Counted from the first letter of the whole stretch, positions 24,305 to 36,361 are shown. The stretch: DNA of 44,929 bases, filler included, from Catajapyx aquilonaris (GCA_000934665.2; 2 parts of 2 records of this genome joined end to end with filler, not necessarily neighbours in it); one strand, 5' to 3'. Numbers and translations: made by a program. Notes: generated from the sequence alone by a model not told the origin.

Positions 24305-24539
24305 TATAAAGCAGAAAGGGAGTCCTTATGTATGTCACGGCTACCTAACGCACTTCCACACCTCTGAGAGCCCTGAATTTTTTTTTACACCGATGTCTTA
24401 CGTGCATGTGATTCAGGGAAAAGTCCGAAAACTGCGCTTTTTTGAGTCTAGATACCGAAGAAAAAAAAAGGATTTATGATGCGGTGGCGTGGCTGTCGCC
24501 GCCTGGGAGCTTCCTCAAACGGATCATAGATGGCGTAGG

Positions 24540-24542
<3 letters not shown>

Positions 24543-24601
<59 letters not shown>
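24543..24601. repeat. (CT)n microsatellite
   Basis: About 29 CT units. Confidence 0.95.
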
Positions 24602-24603
<2 letters not shown>

Positions 24604-25804
24604 GTCTCAACTGGTCATCCGTGATCCGTCCATCATAATTATTCTCCAGGGGACCGAGATAATTATATGCACGAAATGACCCAAGACGTCACGACGTATG
24701 TCAGGAAATATGACCTTTTCATCAACTTCACGTGTAATCCAAAGTGGAATGACATAACAGATGTGCCAATGCCTAATCAGAAGTCTTTCGATAGGTATGA
24801 CATCGTTTGCAGGGTCTTCAGGTTGAAAGTCATCACTCATCAGCCTTATGAACCTACTGACTAAGGGGAAGGTGTTCGGAGCCAGCACCTGTCATCATAA
24901 TATGTACTCCGTAAGAATGGCAAGAGAGAGGTCTTGGCACCGCATGTAGGTACACATTTTGTTGTGGCTGGAAACTTCAATTACTCCTGACCAAATTGAC
25001 TCTTTCATGTCTGCCGAATTTCCAGACCCAGCAGACACAGATCCTGTCCTCCATGAGATCATTAAAAAGAACATGATTTATGGTCACCGTGGTAAACTCA
25101 ACTCGAACTCTCCCTGCGTGAAGAAAGGGAAATGCACAAAGATGTTCCACCGTCGCTTTGTTCCTGAGACATGCACCGGACAGGATCGGTACCCACCCCG
25201 CATATCGGCGTCGTTCTACAAAGAATGGAGGGTTGTCACTTTAGATAAAGTCCAGAGCAGGACTTCTCCACGGCCGCTTGAAGAGTTGCTATCTTCAAGC
25301 GGCCGTGGACTTCTCAATGTTGACAACAGTTTGGTAGTGCCCGACTGTCCCCTCCTGTCCAGAACATTCAATGCCCACATCAACATGGAGTTTGTAACTC
25401 TGTCAAGTCCATAATGTACGTGTGCAAGTATACATAAACCAAGGGAGTGACCAGGCAAACCTTCGCCGTCACTAAACAAAGTGCAGTCCACGAAACTGTC
25501 CACATGGGGAAACATGATGAGGTGCAACGTTATCAAACAGGAAGATACGGTACATTAGCACATCTGAGGCTGTGTGGAGAATCCTCTCTTTCCCCATTCA
25601 TGATCCGACGCGACGGTGCTCCACCTCTCTGTCCGCTTGGAGAAGGGGCAAAGGATTTATTTCATGGAGGAGAGCGTGGCAGAAAATCTGCAAGAACCTC
25701 CAAAGACAACTCTTTTACCTTTTTTTTGAATAATTGTGCCAGCACGACCACTTTGCCATAACCCTCTTTGGCCGTGTCCAATTTTCCGGATGTAGTACGG
25801 AATA

Positions 25805-26056
25805 TGAAGATCTATAGTAAAAAAGGTTGTAAGCGCCATTTTGGGAGAATGGAGAAAAGAATGTTTTTCTCGTGGCATCACTATGGGGTGACATAGGAAA
25901 TAATATTTTATTAACTGCAAGAAAATCTACTACGGGTTGCTTCTGGCACCTGATGCCTATTTTACAATATTGCCCTTGGCATTTACTTCTGTTTTTACTG
26001 CATATCTCCATTTTCGCATTTTTGGCGCTTACAACCTTTTTTACTATAGGTCTTCA
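25805..26056. mobile_element. TIR element inserted in the Helitron Rep remnant
   Basis: TGAAGATCTATAGTAAAAAAGGTTGTAAGCGCCA and its reverse complement (one mismatch), TA flanks. Confidence 0.75.
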
Positions 26057-26576
26057 TATAAATTATATACTATATAGCTCTGCTCTTGGCCGAGTGTACA
26101 CAGTTCATCCCAACAACTCCGAGTGCTTTCTTCGCACGCTGTCGCACAATATTCGAGGCCCGACATCGTTCGACTGCCTCAAACAAGGGGGTGATGCGGT
26201 GATCACTCGACTGAAATAAAGTGTACACTGGAGTACCAAATTCAAGGAGTACCAAGGAGTAATAAAGCTGTAATAAAGAGTGAAGTACCTGAGGAGTACC
26301 AGGGAGTACCACTCGCAGGTGTACATCGGAGTACCGCCGTGATTACCCCCTTGGCCTCAAACATGTCTGTGGAGAGTCCTACCCACTTATCAGTTGGCGT
26401 GTAAAGCTCTATGGGCTCTACCGTATACCATTAACTGCCAGGCTGAATGCTCTCCCTTGCACGTGGATGAGTATAATTGAAGCCCACAGCTGGAAAACGT
26501 TGCATCAAACGTTGTAAAAACGTTTGATACAACGTTTTCCAGCTGTGGGCGTCAATTTATTGCACAATAAGTAGCA

Positions 26577-26784
26577 CCCGCGAGCATAAAGATGGAGACG
26601 GCCGGCCCTCACCTTCGGCAGGCTGCTCTGTCAATCTCAGCAATTACGGTATCAAATATACTGTCATAAATACACGAACACACGCCTGAAGCAGCAAACT
26701 CGGTCCAAAAAATAGTTCATTAATTTGAGTCGGATAAAGAAAGGTCAAAAAAGGGCCTGCCGTCTCCATCTTTATGCTCGCGGG
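26577..26784. mobile_element. Small TIR element
   Basis: CCCGCGAGCATAAAGATGGAGACGGC ... GCCGTCTCCATCTTTATGCTCGCGGG perfect inverted pair. Confidence 0.65.
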
Positions 26785-28912
26785 GGTACATCTCCATTTG
26801 CCATAATTATGCTATTTACTTAAGCCCAGTCTCGGAGAAATGACTGGTAGACTACAATAAACGACCCATTTGTACTACTGTACGGAAGTCTACCAGTCAT
26901 CATGCATGAGAAGAGTGAGTGGAAAATCACCTCATAACCCAACTCCTACCAGCTGAGCACCCGTGTATATACGTGTTCACATCGGATTTTTTCGCCTGTG
27001 AAAATCAAATTTACTACATACTGGATCTTGGCCCCCAGATAGGAATTGGGTAGGGGTACATGCATAAAATTTGCAGAATTTTTCTATGGATGTTCACACA
27101 CCTCAAGTCAAAGGTCAGAGATTTTGACCTCAAAATAGCATAACCACTTTTGAGAAAAATATTACCTGGCATATGCTAGATACCTTGCTAGATACCCTGC
27201 ATGGTTAAGTATACAAAACAGGCTAAACAGCCAAAATAATTCCTAAATAATTTACTTGTTTACTTGTACATCAATCGATTTATGTAGGGTATTTGCGATT
27301 TGACACATTCCAGGTCACATGGCTACTCTGCATGTGACACAGGTGTCATTTTTTCCAAGTTTTACCTTATTCGTCATATCCCATTCCAATGTCACAATCC
27401 TAATCTCATGGACATAGCATATATATACTACATGAGGGTTGTACCTTGATTTTTTTTGCATGATTTGTCATGGAATTACACCTACTTTTCCCTGTATAGT
27501 CACAACAACATTATGGCCACAATTATATGTATACTACGCATTTGCATGGCATTTGCATGATTCACCTTGGCATTTGCCCTCATTTCCGTTAGCAGGAGCA
27601 GTCCAACAGGGTGTCTGGTGTCCTGAAAACAATAGCTGGAGGAGGAAGAGGCTTATCACACCAATGATGTCATGTCTAAGTTGAGTGTCAGTACAGGGCC
27701 AGGCACATCCACTTTAATAGGTTCACCTCATTTTACTGCGTTATGTCAATTAGGTATAAGGCGCCTAAGGTAAAAATTATTCTTCCTCACCAGCCGTAAG
27801 TGTCTGCAGAGAAAATAAGATGTTTTACTGCATTATCGACACAGCCATGTGGATTACCCTTGGGCGTGCCCTTGGGCAATGATTCATAGCGTATGTCTCT
27901 GCCGTCATCCTTGTTTCCAACCATGTAGCCCATTTTGCTTATCTCTGACACTGCAATCTCTTGCAGCAGCCCTTCCATCGCCCTTCAGCCTGATATCTCC
28001 AGCATTTGAGCCATCCATACCTACCTGACTGGAAGTTTCTTTGTTGCACGTGTGAAATTTGTGTAGGTCTAATTTTTTAATGCAACACTCTGCAAACTTG
28101 TTTTGAAAGGTGAGTGTCATTTTGAATCTTTCCCAGAAGGGAGTGCTAAAATGGCTAAAATCCACAGTGCTAGTTCATCCAGAATCATCCTGCATATGGC
28201 TACTATCACAATGAGGTCTTGGCTACTCTTTGAAAGTTATTGCGTGATTTGTGCATTATAACTTTCCTTCATAAAAGTGAGTACCGGTATGGTACTGATT
28301 ATATTTTTAAGTTTCAGTAAGAATGGGTTTATAGGGTGGCTGGGAGGGAGACTCACTGTTAATGGGTGGGGCAATGCGTTACGTAACGATCCAAATGATA
28401 GTTACGTAACATTTTGCCCCACCCATTTTCATTCAAAGATGTTTCATGCAACAGAATTTTGATACAGCATACTTTTTTGTCCAAAGCAGTACTACTTTGT
28501 TGAAATATTTTTGTCTGAAGGTCAAAGGGCCAGTTGCTGCACTGATAAAGAGTAGATCATGGAGAGAGGATACGAGTAGTAGGCCAACTTATTGTGGATT
28601 GTTGTCGAGAATAAGCATAACAATGGAATCATTTACTTCTCCATGCATGTGATGCAACTGAGTCATTCGTCTCAGGGCAAAGTGATTTGCATTGCTTTGA
28701 ACAAAAAGGTGAACAAAATAAAAAATAATTATTATCAATGAAGTCAGGATGCCTTTGGACGATGCATCAGATAAGATGATCTTGATATTAATCTTGATGT
28801 TAATTATTATCTTGATCCATTTTTGCAAGTCAGAATGGAGAATGAAATGAAATGAATGAAGGAATTGAGGTCTCAGAGAACTGCCGAGAAAATCTTCGGT
28901 GTGTGTGTGTGT

Positions 28913-29803
28913 GGGCATGGTGGTCTAGTGGCTATGCTACTGGCCAGCCAAGTGGGATGCCCAGGGTTCAAATCCCGCCCCCATCACCCCCTCTTGGTCT
29001 TTATCTACTTTTCACCCGACATGTCTGGGCAGACTTGCGCTCCCTTCTCTGCCTAGGGCCAAGAGAAAAGGTCTGGTATTTAAGAGGGTCCGAAATTACT
29101 AGAAACTATTCAAAAGCGCCCTATCCCAGGTAGCAAGATATATTGGGCCAATATTGGCTGACTATTGGCAGCCAATATTGGCAGCCGATGTTGCAACATC
29201 GGCTGCCAATATTTATCTATATCGAAACTGCAACTTTTCGGCATATATGGCAATATTGGCAGCCAATATTGGCCAACATTGGCTGCCAATATTTATCTAT
29301 ATCGAAACTGTAACTTTTCGGCAATATTGGCAGCCAATATATGGCAATATATTGGCATACAATAGATGCTAATATATTATGCTAATATATTAGCATAAAT
29401 TGGAAAATTCATCATATCAAATCTTGGCAGAATGATGGCGATATTGCCCATGTGGCCCCGATATATGGACTATATTGGCTAAATAGTGACAATATTGCCG
29501 CTGTATCGACTATATTGGCTAAATAGTGGCAATATTGCCGCTGTATCGACTATATTGGCTAAATAGTGGCAATATTGCCGCTGTATCGACTATATTAGCT
29601 AAATAGTGGCAATAATGCCGATATATCGACTATATTGCCACAATATTGGCTAAACAGCAGTGGCAATATCGCCAATGTGTAGCCGATAAAGCCAATATTT
29701 AGCCAATATTGGCCCAATATATCTTGCTACCTGGGATCTTGGGAACCTCCCCTTCCCCCCCTAAGAGGGCCCTGCCCTATCACGGGGTAACAAAACTAAA
29801 AAA
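28913..29803 (+). mobile_element. tRNA-derived SINE, interrupted by a TIR element
   Basis: A box TGGTCTAGTGG (28921), B box GGTTCAAATCC (28965); body matches the copy at 36131-36361; A-rich tail after CCCTATCACGGGGT. Confidence 0.75.
29125..29735. mobile_element. Non-autonomous TIR element with internal tandem repeats
   Basis: Perfect 35-bp TIRs (CCCAGGTAGCAAGATATATTGGGCCAATATTGGCT), AT on both flanks, internal 40-bp tandem unit about 4 times from 29468, many GCCAATATTGGC palindromes. Confidence 0.85.
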
Positions 29804-32439
29804 GACAGCTTTGGTGTATGCTGTTGTTGTGTGGGGTGAGATATACTGTTAGGAACAAAAAATCGATGCCACAGCACAGGTCATGGTCAGTAATCTTACT
29901 GGTGTGATCTGTGCTTCGGCAAGCTTACACTGGCCAGTGTATGATGAGCTGATGACTAATTTTTGCACTTGCTTCAGGGTTTCCTTGCTTCAGGGAATAC
30001 ATCAGTACTGTTCATGGGAGATGGGTTGATAGAAGCATGTCAAAAAGACAAAATTGAAATGGTACACTCATTGAGCAAGCAGGAACAGATGTAGACTAGA
30101 TCTCAGGATATCGAATGTCCCCCATTTTTTTGCATGTGAGTCATTCTGTTGTATTTGTGTGCCATTGCTTAAAATTTAAATCAACAGCTACTAATATTAG
30201 GATGTGTGTACCTATCCTTTATTTAAAAAGGGGGTCTGGCCTGAAAAAATGGATTCTGTTGTTCACATTTGATGCCAATTGTTCCAATGGAGAGGTTGCC
30301 ACTGCATCCTGCCTTCAGGAATGGATACAAGAGGTGAGTGATTTTTCAGCCCAAGTTCAGACTGCTGTGTAACCCATTTTAAAAATCTGATGCATTGCTT
30401 GCACAGTTGCAAAGGAATTGATGAAAAGGGTGACACATGAGGCATACATTACTAGGTGCATTAGCAGTTTTCCTGAAATGGCAACTAACGATGTCTTGTG
30501 TCTTGCCTGCCAGTACTGGTGAGTGCATGTCACATTTAGACAATTATTTTTTCAATTGCTGTTTGCGCTGAATGCTGACTACTTGCCACCTAATGTAATA
30601 ACCTGTGTAGAAAATTAATGACATCAAGCCTCCTAATGACTTTAAAACTGGACAATTTTTTAGGGTCGACTATGAATGTTTGTCTTATTACAGTCCGCAG
30701 TGCAATAGAACTCCTTATAATATGAAAGCAACAAGAATATTGTAAGCTTTCCATGAAGCTCGGAAGTGGTATTTGACCTCCATGAGTACAGATTCAGCCT
30801 GGGTAGTCTTTACTTACAACCAGTTTCGAGAATGTCTGATGCTGATATTCAGCTGGACAGAATAAACTTCTTTCCTCATCTCTAATACCTAATACAATGT
30901 AAGTAGTTGCGATACTGTATTGTTTAGGAAGGAAGGACAAAAAAAGTTTGTCTTGTCTCTCTCCCTCCCCTGAATATTTTCGATCAGTGTTCCAACCCAT
31001 GCATATGACTGTCAGGTAATTTTTCAGGTGTGTGATATGAAGCCTTATATTTTTATTTGCTAGGGACAACCCATTTTAGGAGCAGCTCTGAATGACCCTT
31101 GTTGCCTTGCATTCCTCCTGTAATGGAACAAATGCAAGGCTTCTCATTTTCTGAACTGCTGGGTTGTGATAATGGAACACTACAAGTCGAACTGTATTCA
31201 ACTACATGCAACTTATGATGTAATGTTTCACTTTGCAATGAGTGAAATCCTGAAGGTTTGCTGCTTGTACGGGCAGTTCATGATACAAGACCAACTGGTG
31301 GCTGATTTTATACGACTTGGATCTGGATGTGGTCACTTTGATGACGACATTCCTGACGCTTATGGCTAGGTTGTATATGTGGAGGAGTTTCACACTAGTT
31401 AAAATTTTAAACTGACTCGGGATGGCTCATGCCACTAAAAGACATCAGTTTCACTACTTATGATCATATTCTCAGGCTCTTGCGTGAACTTTTATGGTTC
31501 AGTACCATGAGAAAAATAATTCTCTGTAATAGCTTGTGTGATTTCTTCCTGGCATTCTTGTTATAAAAGCCAAGGCATTTGGGTTAAGAGTTACTCTTTG
31601 TTTTTATGGCGATTCCCTGCGAGGCTAGTGCTGGGCTGTCATCCGCACTCACCTGTCTCAAGTATTGGGGTCCTGATCAACAGGTGATGCCCTGACGAGG
31701 GTCTCTACCTCTCGAATATGCTCAAGAACTTTCTGATGTTTGGGGACGTTGACTTGACTATTTTCTGAAAGGGCCCAAGCTGGGTTCAGAACTAGAATGG
31801 CACTTTTTCACTTGGTTTATGAATAATCCCCAGTAGTTAGCTGTCTTATTGCGATGTAATAGCCTGATAATCAACGATCATCACATGTACGAGTTGATGC
31901 CATCCCATTCAAAAAGCCAGTCAGTGCGGGGACTACGTCAAGGGCTCAGTCATAATCTACTTGAACATCTACAAAGATTCGAAGCTCCTGGAAAATCAAC
32001 ACTGAACAGCAAGCGACAAAATCACAACAATAAGCTGCCTTGTACCTTTTGGGACAGCTACAATTTCAAAAGAGGTCCATGATGGTAGGAGTTATTTTGT
32101 TCATGAGAAGTGACAGTAGGGATGCATATTGGTAATGAGTTAGCTGGACACCACTTTCCTATGGAAACTAGTTGTGGAAAGAAATACATTATCTCCAGCT
32201 GAATATCAGCATCAGACCTAGAAACTGGTTGTAAGTAAAGACTGACCAGGCGGAATGTGTACTCATGGAGGTTCAATACCACTTCAGGGCTCCATCATAA
32301 AAAGCTTAAAATATTCTTTTTGGATTCATATCGTAAAGAGTTCTATTTCACTGCGACAGTAAGACAAACATTTATGGTTGACTCTAAAAATCTGGCCAGT
32401 TTCAAAGTCATTAGGAGGCATGATGTCATTAATTTTAAA

Positions 32440-32600
32440 CACGTTATTACATTAGGTGGCAAGTAGTCAGCTAAGCTTTCAGCACAAACAGAAATTGAAA
32501 AATAATTTTCTAAATGTGAGATGCACTCAGCAGTACTGGCAGGCAAGGTACACAACACATCGTTAGTTGCCATTTCAGGAAAACTGTTAATGCATCAATA
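32440..32600 (-). pseudogene. hAT transposase C-terminal dimerization-domain remnant (inverted copy at about 30465-30600)
   Basis: FPEMATNDVLCTLPASTAEC...HLENYFSISV resembles the hAT motif FP.....L.T.P.STA.CER.FS, with the ERxFS part missing. Confidence 0.5.
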
Positions 32601-34171
32601 GTAATGTATGCCTCGTGTGTCACCCTTTTCACCAATTCCTTTGCAACTGTGCAAGCAATGCATCAGACTTGTAAAATCGGTTAAATGGAAGTCTGAACTA
32701 GACTGAAAAATCTCTTGCCTCCTGTATCCATTCCTGTGGCATGATGCAGTGTCAACCACCCTTCTGCCCAGTTTCATTAGATTCACACCCTGCCTCCATC
32801 AGTACCCAATACTTGTCACAGGTGAGTGCGGCTAACAGCCTGGCATCTGCCTTGCAAGGACTCACCTTAAAAACAAAGTATTAATCTGAACCCAAATGCC
32901 TTGTTTCCCGAGGAAAGTGGCTTCCAACTCACTCATTACCAACATGCATCCCTACTGTCACTTCTCATGAACAAAATAACTCCTCCCATCATGTCTCTTT
33001 TGGAATTGTAGCTGTCCCAAAAGGTACAAGGCAGCTTATTGTTGTGATTTTGTCTCTTGCTATTCAGTGTTGATTTTCCAGGAGCTTCGAATCTTTGTAG
33101 ATGTTCAAGTAGATTATGACTGAGCCCTTGATGTAGTCCCAGCACTGATTGGCTTTTTGAATGGGATGGAATCAACTTGTACATGTGATGATCGTTCATT
33201 ATCAGGCTATTACATCTCAATAAGACAGCTAACTACTGGGGATTATTCATAAACCACAAGTGAAAAAGCGCCATTCTAGTTCTGAACCCAGCTTGGGCCC
33301 TTTCAGAAAATAGTCAAGTCAACGTCCCCAAACATCAGAAAGTTCTTGAGCATATTTGGTAGAGGTAGAGACCCTCGTCAGGGCATCACCTATTGATCAG
33401 GACCCCAATACTTGAGACAGGTGAGTGCGGATGACAGCCCAGCACTAGCCTCACAGGGAATCGCCATAAAAACAAAGAGTAACTCTTAACCCAAATGCCT
33501 TGGCTTTTATAACAAGAATGCCAGGAAGAAATCACACAAGCTATTACAGAGAATTATTTTTCTTATGGTACTGAACCATAAAAGTTCACGCAAGAGCCTG
33601 AGAATATGATCAGAAGTAGTGAAACTGAATGTCTTTAGTGGCATGAGCCATCCCAAGACGAGTCAGTTTAAAATTTTAACTGGTGTGAAACTCCTCCACA
33701 TATATACAACTCGCCATAAGTGTCAGGAATGTTGTCGTCAAAATGACCACATCCATGTCCAAGTTGTATAAAATATGCCAACAGTTAGTCTTGCTTCATG
33801 AACTGCCCGTACAAGCAGAAAACCTTCAGGATTTAACTCATTGCAAAGTGAAACATTACATCATAAGTTGCAAGTAGTTGAATACAGTTTGACTTGCAGT
33901 GTTCCATTATCGCAACCCAGCAGTTCAGAAAATGTGAAGCCTTGCATTTGTTCCACTACAGGAGGAATGCAAGGCAACAAGTGTCATCCAGAGGTGCTCC
34001 TAAAAGGAATTCATTGAAGCCAAATGGGTTGACCTGAGCAAAGAAAAATGTAAGGTTTCAAATCACACACCTGAAAAAATTAGCTGCCATATGCATGGGT
34101 TGGAACATAAGTCGTGGGACATAATTTTTATTTGAAACACCGTCTTCATTTCTAACAACACAAACTCTCGG

Positions 34172-34674
34172 CAGTTATCCCAGCTTGGCATCTGTGGATT
34201 CAACCAGCCGCTGCTGATCGAAAATATTCAGGAAAAAATAATCAGAAAGACAAAATTACAATTTTCCTTCCACTGAGAACTGTGCTGAATCTATGCTAAT
34301 GAAGTGATGTTTAGGCATACCTGCTGTAAATGGTGCTGGCATGTTTGTACTGTCTCATGTAGTTAGGCCTATCGTTGTTGCAACTGTACTGAACATGTGC
34401 AGAATTTTTTTCTCAGTTTCCTCCTAAACAGTACAGTATAACAATATATTAATTATTTACATCCCTCCCTGCGTGAATGAGGCAGGGAGGTTAAATAAAT
34501 TGAATTGAATTGAAATATTATTTACATTGTATTAGGTGTTATACTGTATGCACTCTAGAAATGATTTAAGGATGTGCGCAGGTTATGTGCAAATGCTACT
34601 CCATTTTGTACAAGGCTTTAGCATCGGAGGAATCTGACAATCCTGAGGGGACCTGGAAACAATCCCCCAAGGAC
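34172..34674 (-). mobile_element. Tigger-derived non-autonomous element resembling MER2/Tigger3
   Basis: Reverse strand has GGGGATTGTTTCCAGG, AAAATGGAGTAGCATTTGCACATAACCTGCGCACATCC, CCTAATACAATGTAAAT, CATGTTCAGTACAG, GAATATTTTCGATC..GGTTGAATCCACAGATG, in the order I recall for the MER2 consensus. Partial inverted copy at about 30873-30988. Confidence 0.6.
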
Positions 34675-35787
34675 GTTTCAGCTCCCATTCAGCTTAGCTC
34701 GTCAAGTAGATAAAGGTGACATATATAGATAACTCTTTTAGGGAAGGGCTAAAGTGCACTTTTTCCTACAGGTTGGGTACAGTACACACATCCTAATATT
34801 AATAACCTTTGATTGAAATTTTAAATAATGGCACTCAAATGATAGATAATGATTCACCTGCAAAAAATGGGGCACATTCAATATATCGTGAGAGTAATAG
34901 TCCACATCTGCTCCTGCTTGCATAATGAGTCACACTATTTTTTTTCTCTTTTTGACATGCTTCTGTAAACCCCCATTAACGATACTCATGTATTCCCTGA
35001 AGCAAGTAAACACAAAAGAGAAATATTTGACATCAAACTCCTGCCAGTGAATGCTTGCCGAATCTCAAATCACACCAGTAAGACCATTTACAGTGAGCCT
35101 GCACACTTACTTAAACTAAAAGATGTCAACATTATAGGCTACTCACTTTTATGAGGGCAAGTTTTAATTCACGTCATGCAATAATAACTTGCACAAAGTA
35201 GCCAAGAATTCAGTGTTGTAATAGCCATGCAGGATGAGTATGGATGAACTAGCACCTTGGCTGGTAGCAGTCCCTTCTTTGAAAGATTCAAAATGACACT
35301 CCCCTGTCGAACGAAGTTTGCAATGTGTCGTATTAAAAAATTAGGCCCACATTTCACGGGTGCAACAAAGGAACTTCCAGTCAGGTAGGTAGCAATGGCG
35401 CAACATTCTGCTGGAAAATATCAGGCCAAAGTCAGAATTCATTGAATTTAGTATTGAATGTAATTATTATGGTGCACTGAGATGAAATGGGTGTTTGAAA
35501 TTAGAATATTTGAAGCCCAGGTTAAGTGAGAATGAGGTCATTGATGGATGAATACTATGTGTGGAGAAAAAAAAGGAAATTGGTATGAGCAATAATGGGG
35601 AAGAGTCTTTATGGTCAGGGGAGTTATTTTGGGAATCGATCGAAAAATGCAAGAACTGATCATTCTCACTTGCACTGTAGCTCTCGTTGCATCGAAAAAA
35701 ATTAATTTGGGAGAACTTGAGTTCTGCCTTTTTGCGAGAAATGTGTGCGGCGTTAAAGGTGATAATGAAACGAAGTTCACGGAAGAA

Positions 35788-35930
35788 AGTAATTTGGCTT
35801 TATGTGGCATACCTTTTTTGGCTGGGTTTTATTCTAAAGATTTAATCATTGCGTTTTGTTCAATGAGATTTATTAATTGGTTTAGTTTGTTTTTGATTGT
35901 CTTTTCTATTGGTCTTACTGTCTGTTATTT
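35788..35930 (+). pseudogene. nad5: NUMT: mitochondrial NADH dehydrogenase subunit 5 fragment
   Basis: In invertebrate mitochondrial code: SNLALCGMPFLAGFYSKDLIIAFCSMSFINWFSLFLIVFSIGLTVCY, the conserved ND5 motif L.G.PFL.GFYSKD; T-rich; flanks unrelated. Confidence 0.9.
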
Positions 35931-36130
35931 TCTTTCCATTTAGTGAGGATCATAATGAGTAATGGAAATTATGCTCTACATGCATAATGCATGATGTTTT
36001 CATGAAGACATGACATGATAAATGTTCAGAACCAAGTTCCTGAAGAAAAGGACATTTGTCAAGGACAGAAAATAATGGGAGATTCTGATATTCTTGGAAA
36101 TTATGATTATTGAATTATTGGTACATAGGG

Positions 36131-36361
36131 GGGCGTGGTGTTGTAGTGGCTATGCTAGGCTACTGGCAAGCTGAGTTCAAATCCCGTCCGTCACCTTTGC
36201 TTGGTAGCGCCTTTTTCTGCTTTTCACCGGACATGTCCGGGCAGACTGGCACTCCCTTCTCTGCCCATCAGGGCGAAGAGAAAAGGTCTGCTATTTAAGA
36301 GGGTCCGAAATGACTGGAAGCTCTCTATCTAAGGCCCCGCCCTAACACGATGTTAAAAAAA
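36131..36361 (+). mobile_element. tRNA-derived SINE, same family as 28913
   Basis: Degenerate A box, B box GAGTTCAAATCC, shared body (CTTTTCACC.GACATGTC.GGGCAGAC, AAGAGAAAAGGTCTG.TATTTAAGAGGGTCCGAAAT), A tail. Confidence 0.75.

Larger units (their letters stand above)
23909..26186 (+). mobile_element. Decayed Helitron (5' end plus Rep domain pseudogene) with nested insertions
   Basis: Rep motifs across frameshifts: DLFINFTCNPKW, DRYDIVCRVF, EWQERGL..H..HILLWL, SAEFPDP, NSPCVKKGKCTKMF, VDNSLVVP..PLLSRTFNAHINMEF, EAVWRILSFPIHD, LGRVYTVHPNNSECF, IRGPTSFDCLK. Removing the MITE restores A|TCTCTATATAAAGCAGAAAG, a TC-starting Helitron-like 5' end. No helicase domain or 3' CTRR end found. Confidence 0.85.
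27990..35430. repeat. Large nested inverted duplication
   Basis: Approximate inverted pairs: 27990-28285/35140-35430; 29890-30215/34770-35090; 30290-30860/32195-32760; 30988-32168/32903-34107. ORF-track peptides 31849(+) and 33220(-) are nearly identical. Confidence 0.9.

Noticed and set aside
29468..29640. Regular repeats that could suggest a CRISPR array
   Set aside because: Head-to-tail 40-bp units without unique spacers, inside a TIR element in eukaryotic DNA.
31849..33220. Paired ORFs MRCNSLI... on opposite strands
   Set aside because: They are simply the two arms of the inverted repeat; TTG starts, different C-termini, no recognisable domain.
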